DNA of 64,000 nucleotides, from contig CAVRAL010000001.1 in NCBI GenBank assembly GCA_963719085.1, positions 224,001-288,000 of the forward strand. Reading direction: 5' to 3'. Made by a program: the position numbers and the translations under genes. The notes under the pieces were generated by a model. It had not been told where the DNA came from and did no database searches. It saw nothing but the letters and a program-made list of their open reading frames with translations. Every line of letters starts with the position of its first letter. Within the stretch, counting starts at the first letter, position 1. This DNA is from a candidate division FCPU426 bacterium. Its GTDB lineage: Bacteria > Oederibacteriota > Muellerivitia > Muellerivitales > Muellerivitaceae. This document shows, piece after piece, positions 16,787-26,497 of the stretch.

Positions 16787-19084
16787 TTGAGGAGAATTCT
16801 TCCATTGAGAAAATCTTTTTTCAAATTCGGCCTTGGAAGCCGGGGAAACCTCATGATGATTTTGTTTTCCGGTTGGTTCCTTTTTGTTTTTATCCGTTAT
16901 TTTCAAGATATCCCCAATCCCTTCGCCGTGATTTTTGCCCAGCTTCATTTAGGCCGTTTTGGGCCTTCGGGATGGGCACAACCTTTGGGGGTGGAGACGG
17001 AGTCCTTCATCGCGTTCGCGGTATTCTTCTTGGCGATCCTCAACAGCTGGTGGTTGGGCTCGGTGGTTTGGGAATGGTTAGGGCCGGACAAACAAAGGGG
17101 TTTTGTCCCTTGGGCTTTTGAGCTGGGGTTGGGCGCCTTGGCCTCCAGTCTTTTTTGGATGGGGACGGGTCTCAATCGTTTGTGGTTCCCTTATTTATTG
17201 GCGGCTTTGGGGATTCTAGCCCTAGGGCCCGCTTGGATGAAACTCAAAAGCCGGATGGTCCAATTTCCGAGGACGCTTGCGCGGCCATGGGCGGGTCCGC
17301 CCATGGGCTGGATCCTGACTGGCTTCGTGGGAGTGGCTTTTTTATACGGAGCTTGGGGCTTCCTCCAATGCTTTTTACCCGAAACCTTTTACGATTCGCT
17401 CAACTACTTTTTGGGCGTTCCCCAATATTGGATTTTTAAACATGGGATTACGGATGAGCCGGGCCATATCCTGGCCAGCTACTTTCATGGCGGAACCCTT
17501 TATTTTATGGATGGCTTTTATTTTGGCGGGACCGAGGCGGCCAAATTTTTAAGTTTCGGCGCCGGTTTCTTAAGCGCGCTTTTCGTGGGGGCATGGGTGA
17601 AGGAAGAAGCCGGGGCCAATGCCGGATGGGCCGCCTTTGCCCTTACCGCCACTTTCCCGCTTCTTTTTCTAAACGGATGGGCGACCAGGGTGGACGGCCT
17701 TTTAACCTTTTGCCTGCTTTTGTTCTTTTACGCTTGCCGGCGTTTTTTAAAGGAAACGAGGCCGCGGTTTTTTAAGTCCTGGGGCCTATTGGCGGCGCTG
17801 TTGGCGGGATTCGCCATGACGATTAAGCCGACCGCGGCGGTGGGCGTCGCGGCGATTTTTTTTGTTTCCCTCGGTGACCTTCGCCGGATCAAGGCGAAGG
17901 GCTTTGGAATTTGGATGGCGCTTTTGGGCGTCAGCTTGGCCTTGGTGGCGCCTTGGTTTTTAAAGAACGCCCTCTTTACGGGGAATCCTTTTTTCCCTTA
18001 CGCTTTTTCCTTTATGGGCGGCCGGTCCTTTTTCGCCCCTGGCGGCGCCGCGCGCCTTCTTTACGAAAACCAGCAGTTTCTCGCGTTGGGCCCCGATTTG
18101 AAAAATTGGGTTACTTTTCCTTGGCGGCTTTTGATGCCGGGCTCCGGCGGCAATGGACAATTTATGGGGCCTTTGATCTTGGCCTTTCTGCCCCTGTGCC
18201 TGCCGTTGCTCTTCAAAAAAGGCGAACCGCGATTTTGGGCCGCGACAGCCTTGGTTTACTTGGGGATCGGGTTGTGTCTTTCCCACATGCTTCGGTTTGT
18301 CCTGCCCGCCTTCGCCCTTTTATTCATGGCCTGGGCCGGGTGGGCCGCGCGGGAGAAAGGTTTTTTCGAGAAATCCGTGGCGATTTGGGGATTGGCGGCC
18401 GCCCTTTTGGGGCTGCCTTATTTTTTAGACACCAGCGCCCGTTATTTTGACGGCTGGGGCGTTTGGACGGGCTTGGAAACTAGAAGCCAATACCTGGCCC
18501 GAATGGTCCAAAACCCCTATGAGGACCTGGTGGAATGGACCGACGCTCATTTAGCCCCGGACGCCCGAGTGCTTCTGGTGGGGGATACCCGGGGACTTTA
18601 TTACCGCCGGGATTTTTTGGCGAACTCCGCTTTTGACGAACCCGCGTTGGAAATGATCGCCCGGACTTCGGCCACGCCCGGGGAAATCGCCGAGAAAGTC
18701 AAACGCCTCGGGGTGAGCGACGCTGTCGTGAATATCCCGGAAGGCATCCGGATTTCAGAGGACTACCATCTTTATGAGTTGACGCCCCAGGAATGGGACC
18801 GGCTTAACCGTTATTTGGCGCTCTATTGGAAACCGCTTTATTTCAACCATTTCCGAGCGGTTTACGCGGTTGAGGCTAAGCCGGCGCCGGCGGGTTCGTC
18901 AGTCCTCGGGCCTTTGAATCCTTTTTCTTTTTTCGCGCCGCCCGCCTATGATTTTAGCCGGGCCATGGAGGCTGGAAATTTACCGGCCGCCTTGGCGGCG
19001 GCCAATGCCCAAACCGTTCTTTTTCCCGGGGATCCCTTTTGGGCGGGAAAAAAAGTCTCGGTACTTTCCCGAAAAGGATATTGA
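16787..19084 (+). CDS. Polytopic GT-C-like (ArnT/PMT superfamily) glycosyltransferase
   Basis: Many TM segments; PETFYDSLNYFLG loop; PWFLKN..FTGNPFFP. Confidence 0.75.
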   Translation: MRRILPLRKSFFKFGLGSRGNLMMILFSGWFLFVFIRYFQDIPNPFAVIFAQLHLGRFGPSGWAQPLGVETESFIAFAVFFLAILNSWWLGSVVWEWLGPDKQRGFVPWAFELGLGALASSLFWMGTGLNRLWFPYLLAALGILALGPAWMKLKSRMVQFPRTLARPWAGPPMGWILTGFVGVAFLYGAWGFLQCFLPETFYDSLNYFLGVPQYWIFKHGITDEPGHILASYFHGGTLYFMDGFYFGGTEAAKFLSFGAGFLSALFVGAWVKEEAGANAGWAAFALTATFPLLFLNGWATRVDGLLTFCLLLFFYACRRFLKETRPRFFKSWGLLAALLAGFAMTIKPTAAVGVAAIFFVSLGDLRRIKAKGFGIWMALLGVSLALVAPWFLKNALFTGNPFFPYAFSFMGGRSFFAPGGAARLLYENQQFLALGPDLKNWVTFPWRLLMPGSGGNGQFMGPLILAFLPLCLPLLFKKGEPRFWAATALVYLGIGLCLSHMLRFVLPAFALLFMAWAGWAAREKGFFEKSVAIWGLAAALLGLPYFLDTSARYFDGWGVWTGLETRSQYLARMVQNPYEDLVEWTDAHLAPDARVLLVGDTRGLYYRRDFLANSAFDEPALEMIARTSATPGEIAEKVKRLGVSDAVVNIPEGIRISEDYHLYELTPQEWDRLNRYLALYWKPLYFNHFRAVYAVEAKPAPAGSSVLGPLNPFSFFAPPAYDFSRAMEAGNLPAALAAANAQTVLFPGDPFWAGKKVSVLSRKGY

Positions 19085-19087
19085 TCA

Positions 19088-21484
19088 ATGAAGGATGAGA
19101 GTGAGAAGTCACCGTCGCCGGCGGGAGCCCGGCCGGCCTGGATTTTGATTTTTCCCTTGGGTTGGGCCCTTGTCGTTTTTTTTAAATACTTCCATTATTT
19201 TGGTCTTTATCTGCCTAATGGGCCGCGCCTTTTCAGCGCCGCCCCATGGCCCGAGGCGGAATTCGCCGGCCGGTTGCTGATATGGGGCCAATCGCTTTGG
19301 ATCTTATTTTGCGCCGCCGCTTTGATGGGGGTGATCCTCGCTTGGGGAAGCCGGTCGCGGCGGTGGTTGGGGCTTGGGGTGGAAGATCCTTGGATGCGGG
19401 CCGCCTTGAATTTTGGTTTTGGCATTTTGGGGTTTGATCTTTTATGGCTGGGAACCGGGCTTGCCCATTTGTGGTGGACCCCGCTGTTGGCGGTGGTATT
19501 GGCGGCCGCCGCGGGGGTCGCTCTTTGGGACTGCGCCCGCGCGGCGCGGGAAAGGAGCTTTTCTTTCCCGGTTTTTTGGCCCCGGGGGCAGTGGGCTCTC
19601 GCGGGAATCGCCTTCGTTTATCTGGCGCTGGTCTGGGGTCATGGCCTGGCCCCCGAGACTTTTTATGATTCGATGGTTTATCACTTGGCGGTCCCTTCGG
19701 ATTGGCTGTTGCGGCATCAAATAACCGACAATCCCGCGAACTTTTTTTCCAACTATCCTTATGGCGCCGAGCTCTTTTTTTTAAACGGCCTTTTCGTTCA
19801 AGGGACGGAGACGGCCAAGTGCCTGCACGCGGGGGCCTTCCTCTTTTGCGCCCTGGCGGCCGGGGGGTGGGCCCGGGAAATCGCGGGGCCCCAAGCCGGA
19901 TGGCTCACCCTGGGGATGGCGCTTACCCTGCCGCTTCTGGCCTTGAACGCCTCCACAACCCAGGTCGAAGGCGTATTGTCCCTCTTCACCGTCCTTTTTC
20001 TTTACGCGCTTTGGAAAGCGTTCAGCGGGAAAACCACGGAAGCGGGATGGGTTTGGGCCTTCGGTCTTTTGGCGGGAGCCGGTCTTTCGGTTAAGTACAC
20101 GGCCGCGGTGGGTCTTTTGGGAGGGCTGCTGGGGCTGGGCCGGGGAGCTTTTCAAAAATCAAAATTGACCGCTTGGTTTTGGGCCGGGGCGGGCGCGCTC
20201 CTGGTTTTGGGCCCTTGGCTAGTTAAAAATTTCTGTTTTACCGGCAATCCGTTTTTTCCTTATCTCGCCCATTGGCTCGGGGAAAACCGGCTTTCGGACG
20301 GGGGATACGCCAGGCTTTTGGCCGAACAGCGGGCCTTCGACATCGTCCATGGATGGTCCTGGTTGACCCTGCCTTGGCGGCTGATTATGTCCAATCCGGA
20401 TGGCTACAATTTCGCCGGGCCCTTGGGCCTGGCGCTTTTGCCCGCCCTTTTTTTCAAGCAGTTCAAGGATCCGGTCCTTGGTTTTTGGGCCAGGTCCACC
20501 GGGTTTTATTTCGCGGCCGGTCTCTTGATCACCCACATCCTTCGTTTTATGGCGCCCGCCTTCATCGTGTTTTATATTTTAGCCGGCGCTTTTTTCGCCG
20601 GCGCCGGAAGGGGCTGGGCGCGGACTTTAAGTTGGGGGGCGGCCCTTTGCGCTTTTCTTTGTTTTTTTTATTTGGCCTCCATCAGCGTCTTTTACTACGC
20701 TTGCGGGGGGATTTGGTGGGGGAAGCAGACGCGCGCGGATTATCTTCAAGGACCGGGAAAGATCACCCCTTACGCTTCCATGGCGGATTGGGTTTCTAAA
20801 AACCTGCCGCCGGAGTCCCGGCTTTTAATCGTGGGGGACGCCCGGGGGCTTTATTACGACCGGCCTTTTTTGGCCAATTCGGTTTTTGACACCCAGGTTT
20901 TGGCCCGGGCGGCCGAAGCGCAAAAAGACGCGCCCGGCATCCGGTTGGCGCTTTTGAAACTGGGCGTGACCCATTTGGCGGTCAACGGCCCGGAAGGGGT
21001 GCGGGTTTCGTCCGATTATCACCATTACGATTTGACCCCGGAAGCTTGGGCGAGGCTGGACGATTTTTTCAAGACCCAAACCACGCTGATTTACGACCGG
21101 AAATTCCAGAGCGTCTATGCTTTAAGGCCGCCGGCGGCCATGCCGAACGTCGAGCCCATGCCGATCCTGTTTTTTACCGCCCCGGGCAAGAGCTTTATTG
21201 AGGACTACCAGCGTCAAAATTGGGCGGCGGCGGATCAGGCGCTGGACCAGGCGCTGGCGCTTTACCCGGCTTGTGTTTTTTGGTGGGAACAAAAGGCCGT
21301 GGTCGCGTCCCGATTGGGCAAGAATCCCGAGTCCGAAAAGCTTTTTGAAAAGGCGGCCGGAATGGGCGATTTAACCCCGGAAGGCTATCAACAATGGGCC
21401 CAAAACGCCGAGGCAGGGGGTTGGGGGACAAAAGCTTCGAGGATTTTGGCGCGGGGCCGCAAGCTTTATCCCGGACAGTTTTAA
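19088..21484 (+). CDS. Polytopic GT-C-like glycosyltransferase, paralog of upstream gene, TPR-like tail
   Basis: PETFYDSMVYHLAVP; PWLVKN..FTGNPFFP; VGDARGLYY shared with 16787-19084. Confidence 0.75.
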   Translation: MKDESEKSPSPAGARPAWILIFPLGWALVVFFKYFHYFGLYLPNGPRLFSAAPWPEAEFAGRLLIWGQSLWILFCAAALMGVILAWGSRSRRWLGLGVEDPWMRAALNFGFGILGFDLLWLGTGLAHLWWTPLLAVVLAAAAGVALWDCARAARERSFSFPVFWPRGQWALAGIAFVYLALVWGHGLAPETFYDSMVYHLAVPSDWLLRHQITDNPANFFSNYPYGAELFFLNGLFVQGTETAKCLHAGAFLFCALAAGGWAREIAGPQAGWLTLGMALTLPLLALNASTTQVEGVLSLFTVLFLYALWKAFSGKTTEAGWVWAFGLLAGAGLSVKYTAAVGLLGGLLGLGRGAFQKSKLTAWFWAGAGALLVLGPWLVKNFCFTGNPFFPYLAHWLGENRLSDGGYARLLAEQRAFDIVHGWSWLTLPWRLIMSNPDGYNFAGPLGLALLPALFFKQFKDPVLGFWARSTGFYFAAGLLITHILRFMAPAFIVFYILAGAFFAGAGRGWARTLSWGAALCAFLCFFYLASISVFYYACGGIWWGKQTRADYLQGPGKITPYASMADWVSKNLPPESRLLIVGDARGLYYDRPFLANSVFDTQVLARAAEAQKDAPGIRLALLKLGVTHLAVNGPEGVRVSSDYHHYDLTPEAWARLDDFFKTQTTLIYDRKFQSVYALRPPAAMPNVEPMPILFFTAPGKSFIEDYQRQNWAAADQALDQALALYPACVFWWEQKAVVASRLGKNPESEKLFEKAAGMGDLTPEGYQQWAQNAEAGGWGTKASRILARGRKLYPGQF

Positions 21485-21506
21485 TCTTAAAGACGGTAAC
21501 AAAACA

Positions 21507-21633
21507 TTTTTTCACCGCCAAGACGCCAAGGACGCCAAAAACAAAGAAAGACTAGAAATCCGGCAAAAGGTTTTAAAATCCCCGCTTTTGTTTTTGTTTT
21601 TCTTGGCGAACTTGGCGTCTTGGCGGTAAAAAT
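21507..21633. repeat. Intergenic inverted-repeat element, CCAAG family
   Basis: TTTTTTCACCGCCAAGACGCCAAGGACGCCAA ... TTGGCGAACTTGGCGTCTTGGCGGTAAAAA. Confidence 0.9.
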
Positions 21634-21697
21634 TGACGTTAATTTTATTTCTGTTGTCGGTTCTTAATATTTCCAAAAAAGATTCAGAGAGGCTTTC

Positions 21698-23608
21698 ATG
21701 ACGGACCGGTTCTCTAAAATCGCGATGGGCCTGCTTTTGATTTGGGTCCCCTTGGCCTATTACTACCGGGCCGTGGACGGCTTTACCTTGCCCAAGGAAT
21801 TGGTCGGCTTGCTGGCCCTGGTATTTTTAGGCGGGCTTTTGCTGTTCTCGGGCGCCCCGGGCCTTGGACGGTTATCCTTGCTTTGGCTCGCGGGCTTATT
21901 TTTGCTTTGGATGACCGGGGATTCGTTGGCGGTGGGTTTGGTGAAGACGGAGGCGCTGAAGGGCTTAATCCACTTCGTCTTGATCGTGGGAACGCTTTGG
22001 AGCGCGGTATTTCTGTGCGCCCGGGGCCTTTCCTATGAGCGGCTGCTCCACTATGCCCTGGGAGCGGGAGTTTTCATGGCCCTCTATGGAATTATCCAAA
22101 CCATGGGCGGTGATCCCACCCAATGGACCACGCGCTTTTCCAGCCGGGCCTTTTCCACCCTGGGGAATCCGGATTATCTGGGCGGGCATCTGGCGGCCTT
22201 GATTCCCTTGGCGGCGGTTTTAACTTTACGCTCCGAAAATCGGCGGGCTTGGCTTTCTTACCGGTTGATAACCGTTATATTCCTGGCCTGCCTTTTGATG
22301 ACCAAGGTCCGGGGGGCGGAAATCGCGGTAGCGGGGGCCTTTTTCTTTATCGCGTTTTTCTTTTTTAGGCCTTGGGGGCGGGACCTCTATACCCAGAACC
22401 GTAAAGTCATTTTAGGCTTTTTGGGAATTGTGTTGATCCTGGGCTGTATTGGGGTGATTTGGAAGGGAAATCTTTCTTTCGTGAGCCAATCCCGGGTCTC
22501 CGTCGACCAGCGGGTCGCCATTTATAAAACGGCTTGGCAGATAATCCGTGAAAATCCTTTGCTGGGGATCGGCGCGGGCCAAGTGGGCATGGTTTATCCG
22601 GCGTACCAATTTAAACCTTACACCCCTTCGGATTATTCCAACCATCCCTATGTCTATACCGAGCATATTCACAACGAGTTCCTGCAATTTTGGGCCGAAG
22701 GGGGCTTGATCGGGCTTTTGTTGTTTATCGCGGTATTGGCCGCTTACGCGATGGCGCTTCGAAAAACATTGGCGCTGTCCTCCGTCTCCTCCAAAGACCG
22801 GGAGTTGTTGTTGGGCGTGTCAGCGGGTCTGATCGCGCTTTTGGTCCAGGCGCTGAGCAATTTTCCTTTTCAAATCGCCCCCACGGCTGTTTTATTCGGA
22901 TTGTTTTTAGCCGCGCCCTTGGCTTTGAGGCCCGGGCCGGTTCCGGACCAGCCCTTTAGACTTTCGGGACTTCAATGGGCGGTGGTGGGTTTGGCGCTTT
23001 TCGGGATGGCCGGCGTGGGTCTTCGCATGGTGGGCGCTTCCATCGCCTATCGAAATACCGCCGGGGAAATCGGATTGGGGAACCATGATAAGGCGGTTTA
23101 TTACGGCGGGCGGTTGGTGGGTTTGTCGCCCCAAAATCCCAAGGATTGGAATGTGGATGGGCAGGCGCTGGAGCTGGGAGGACAAAACGACGCCGCGCTT
23201 CAAGCCTTTCAAAAGTCCTTGGACTTGAACCCGGATTACGTTGAGAACCTCATGGCGATGGCGGACTTGAAAGCCAAGGCCGGTCAACTGCCCGAATCCT
23301 TAGGGCTGGCCCAAAGGGCTTTGGCCGTGACGCCGAATTTTGTGGGCCCGCTTTGGGTTCAGGCCTATTGCCAATACCAGTTAAAGCAATATCCCCAAGC
23401 CGCCGCCAGCTTCCAACAATTTCTGGGTTACGCGCCCCAAAGCCCGGATGCTTGGACGGGACTGGGGGTCTGCGACATCCACTTGGGTAAAAAAGCCGAC
23501 GCCATTCAGGCTTGGCGCAAGGCCCATCAATTGGCGCCGGATAACGCCCAAGTCATCCAGTTTTTAAAAGGCGCCGGCGACTCCGCTTTTTTGAAAAACC
23601 CTTCTTGA
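21698..23608 (+). CDS. O-antigen ligase/O-oligosaccharyltransferase-like protein with TPRs
   Basis: RAFSTLGNPDY, R..IY...NPLLGIGAG, HIHNEFLQ..AEGG (Wzy_C); C-terminal TPRs. Confidence 0.85.
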   Translation: MTDRFSKIAMGLLLIWVPLAYYYRAVDGFTLPKELVGLLALVFLGGLLLFSGAPGLGRLSLLWLAGLFLLWMTGDSLAVGLVKTEALKGLIHFVLIVGTLWSAVFLCARGLSYERLLHYALGAGVFMALYGIIQTMGGDPTQWTTRFSSRAFSTLGNPDYLGGHLAALIPLAAVLTLRSENRRAWLSYRLITVIFLACLLMTKVRGAEIAVAGAFFFIAFFFFRPWGRDLYTQNRKVILGFLGIVLILGCIGVIWKGNLSFVSQSRVSVDQRVAIYKTAWQIIRENPLLGIGAGQVGMVYPAYQFKPYTPSDYSNHPYVYTEHIHNEFLQFWAEGGLIGLLLFIAVLAAYAMALRKTLALSSVSSKDRELLLGVSAGLIALLVQALSNFPFQIAPTAVLFGLFLAAPLALRPGPVPDQPFRLSGLQWAVVGLALFGMAGVGLRMVGASIAYRNTAGEIGLGNHDKAVYYGGRLVGLSPQNPKDWNVDGQALELGGQNDAALQAFQKSLDLNPDYVENLMAMADLKAKAGQLPESLGLAQRALAVTPNFVGPLWVQAYCQYQLKQYPQAAASFQQFLGYAPQSPDAWTGLGVCDIHLGKKADAIQAWRKAHQLAPDNAQVIQFLKGAGDSAFLKNPS

Positions 23609-23761
23609 AATAAGCTTATTTTCTCCCCAATTTAAAGCCAGGAGCCGGGCACCCCCTAAGCGCCTGGAATCTCTGTATTTCCCGTTAAAGCGGTGCTAAA
23701 TTGTTTTGTAGGAAAGGGTGTTTTTCGGCTTTGGCCGGGGAACACTAGTAAAGGGTGCGCC

Positions 23762-25975
23762 ATGGGTATTCAAGCCTTACTTGATCCGTCCAATATTTCC
23801 GCGACCGGGTTGACCCCCGCGGAGAGCCATCTCAATCGTCCCCTCATTCAAAAGGCCTATGAGTTCGCGAAAAAGGCCCATGAAGGCCAACAGCGGCTTT
23901 CGGGCGACGCTTATTTAACCCACCTGGTCGGCGTGGCGGAAATCCTCGAAGAGCTCCATATGGACTCCATCACCATCGCGGCCGCGCTTTTGCACGACAT
24001 CCTGGAAGACACCACAGTCACTTATGATCAATTGAAACAGGAATTCGGCGAGGAGATCGCCAACCTGGTCGAGGGCGTGACCAAACTTTCCACCCGCAAA
24101 TTCCAGGACGCTACCGTGCGCCAAGCCGAAAGCACCCGCAAGATGCTGGTGGCCATGGCCAAAGACGTGCGCGTCATCCTCATCAAATTGGCCGACCGAA
24201 CCCACAATATGCGCACCCTGGAATTTTTACCCCAGGACCGGCAGGAAAAAATGGCCCGGGAGACGCTGGATATTTACGCGCCCCTGGCCCATCGGCTGGG
24301 AATGGCCAAGATCAAGAGCGAGTTGGAAGACCTGTGCCTGCGCTACCTGCGGCCCGAGGTTTACCGCGACCTGGTGAAAAAAGTGGCCATGAAAAAGGCC
24401 GAGCGCGAAAAGATGGTGGAAACGGTTAAGGCCCTGATTGAGAAGGGTTTGAAAGAGGCGGGCATCACCGCCCAGGTCCAAGGCCGCTCGAAACATTTCA
24501 CCAGCATTTACCAAAAGATGACCGAGCAGGGAAAAGATTTTGATGAGATTTACGACCTGATCGCGATCCGGGTTTTGACCAACACGCTGAAGGAATGCTA
24601 TGAGGTTTTGGGGATGGTGCACACCCTTTGGAAGCCCCTGCCGGGGCGTTTCAAGGACTATGTGGCCATGCCCAAGAACAACCTGTACCAGAGCCTGCAC
24701 ACCACCGTGATGGGGCCCTCGAACCAGCCTTTGGAAATTCAGATCCGTACCTACGAAATGCACCGCACCGCCGAGGAAGGCATCGCGGCCCACTGGATTT
24801 ATAAAGAGGGCCGTGGGTTTGAGAAAGAGGACCAGAAATTCGCCTGGATGCGGCAACTCCTCGACCTGCAGCAGGACATCAAGGACACCACGGAATTTTC
24901 CGAGGCCATGAAGGTGGATTTGTTCGAGGACGAGGTCTTTGTTTTTACCCCTAAGGGCGATGTGAAGGAGATGCCCCGGGGAGCGACGGGCCTGGATTTC
25001 GCCTATACGGTCCATACAGATGTGGGCACCCATTGCATGGGCGTCAAGGTGAACGGTCAAATGGTACCGCTGAAATACATCCTTAAAAACGGCGACATTG
25101 TGGAAGTCTTGACCCAGACCTCCCGCACGCCCAGCCGCGATTGGCTCAAGATTGTCACCACGAGCCGGGCGAAGAACAAAATCCGCCACTGGTTCCGAAC
25201 CCACTTGTCGGCCGATGAAATTGATAAGGGACGGCACTTGTTGGAAAGGGAAGCGGTCCGCTTGGGAGTGGACTTCAACGAGGCGCTTAAGTCGGGCTTG
25301 CTTGAGAGCCTGGTTTCCGATTTCGGGTGCCATAACGTGAACGAACTTTTGGCCAATACGGGCCACGGGGAAATCTCGGCCAAGACCCTGCTCAACCGGA
25401 TTACGGCCAAACTCGAGGAGTCCCAGCCGGAAAAGGCCGAGAAGGCCCCCAAATTGGATGAAAAGAAACCCGAGCCCCACACCTATCGGAGCCTGACCCA
25501 GGAGCCCGTGCGCAATATCCCGATGGAAAAGGGAATCTCCATTTCGGGCAAGACCGACTGGCTCATTCGTTTCGCCCGCTGCTGCACGCCGGTGCCCGGC
25601 GACCCCATCGTGGGTTATATTACCCGTGGACGGGGCGTCTCCGTGCACCGCACCGATTGCCCCAACACCCTGCTTTTGCCCGACGGCGAAAACCGGATGA
25701 TCAAGGTTTCTTGGGAAGCCAATGAGGGACAGGTTTACGAGGTGGCGGTGGAAGTGAAGGCCCGGGACCGGGACAAGCTGTTATCCGACATGCTTTTGGC
25801 GATCTCGGAAGAAGGCGTCATCATCAACGAGGCCAATGCCAAGACGGTGGAAGGCGGCTGGGCCCAAGGTTATTTCCTTTTAGGGATTTCTTCGGCGGAC
25901 CAACTGCAAAAGGTCCTGAAAAAACTGGAACGGGTGCAGGGCGTGGTGAACGCGCGCCGGATTGAGCCGCGTTAA
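23762..25975 (+). CDS. rel: Bifunctional (p)ppGpp synthetase/hydrolase (Rel/SpoT)
   Basis: Intact HD (LLHDILED), KLADRTHNMRTL, YQSLHTT, EIQIRT, TGS, CC and ACT domains. Confidence 0.97.
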   Translation: MGIQALLDPSNISATGLTPAESHLNRPLIQKAYEFAKKAHEGQQRLSGDAYLTHLVGVAEILEELHMDSITIAAALLHDILEDTTVTYDQLKQEFGEEIANLVEGVTKLSTRKFQDATVRQAESTRKMLVAMAKDVRVILIKLADRTHNMRTLEFLPQDRQEKMARETLDIYAPLAHRLGMAKIKSELEDLCLRYLRPEVYRDLVKKVAMKKAEREKMVETVKALIEKGLKEAGITAQVQGRSKHFTSIYQKMTEQGKDFDEIYDLIAIRVLTNTLKECYEVLGMVHTLWKPLPGRFKDYVAMPKNNLYQSLHTTVMGPSNQPLEIQIRTYEMHRTAEEGIAAHWIYKEGRGFEKEDQKFAWMRQLLDLQQDIKDTTEFSEAMKVDLFEDEVFVFTPKGDVKEMPRGATGLDFAYTVHTDVGTHCMGVKVNGQMVPLKYILKNGDIVEVLTQTSRTPSRDWLKIVTTSRAKNKIRHWFRTHLSADEIDKGRHLLEREAVRLGVDFNEALKSGLLESLVSDFGCHNVNELLANTGHGEISAKTLLNRITAKLEESQPEKAEKAPKLDEKKPEPHTYRSLTQEPVRNIPMEKGISISGKTDWLIRFARCCTPVPGDPIVGYITRGRGVSVHRTDCPNTLLLPDGENRMIKVSWEANEGQVYEVAVEVKARDRDKLLSDMLLAISEEGVIINEANAKTVEGGWAQGYFLLGISSADQLQKVLKKLERVQGVVNARRIEPR

Positions 25976-26361
25976 TGGAAAAAGAAATGATCCGGTCCGA
26001 CGGCGCCCCCTCGCCGATTGGGCCCTATTCGCAGGCCGTGGCGGCGGGGGATTTTATTTTTTGCTCGGGCCAAATCCCCCTGGACCCGGCGACCAACACG
26101 TTGGTGAGCGGGGATATCCGGGTCCAAGCCGAGCGGGTTTTGGATAATTTGCAGGCGGTGCTGAAAGCGGCGGGGTCCGATTTGGACCGGGCCGTGAAGA
26201 TCACGGTTTATTTGAAAGACATGAATGACTTCGCCGCCTTGAATCAGGTTTTTGAGGGCCGGTTCAAAACCCATCCCCCTGCCCGGGCGGTGGTCCAGGC
26301 GGCGGCTTTGCCGAAGAACGCCTCCATTGAAGTGGATTTGATCGCGTTGAAGGGGAATTGA
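25975..26361 (+). CDS. ridA: RidA/YjgF reactive intermediate deaminase
   Basis: APSPIGPYSQA, SGQIP, PAR, LPK...IEVD. Confidence 0.93.
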   Translation: MEKEMIRSDGAPSPIGPYSQAVAAGDFIFCSGQIPLDPATNTLVSGDIRVQAERVLDNLQAVLKAAGSDLDRAVKITVYLKDMNDFAALNQVFEGRFKTHPPARAVVQAAALPKNASIEVDLIALKGN

Positions 26362-26497
26362 TCCGGCTTTCAAGGAACTGGTTTGCAATCGTGAAAGACT
26401 GTTTCCGCTGGAGCCGCTTAGCGAAATTAAAAGTGAGGATCGGTCCGCCCCATCGGGGCTAGGACCTTCAGAAATTTCTCAGCGGAAAGGTTGACTG

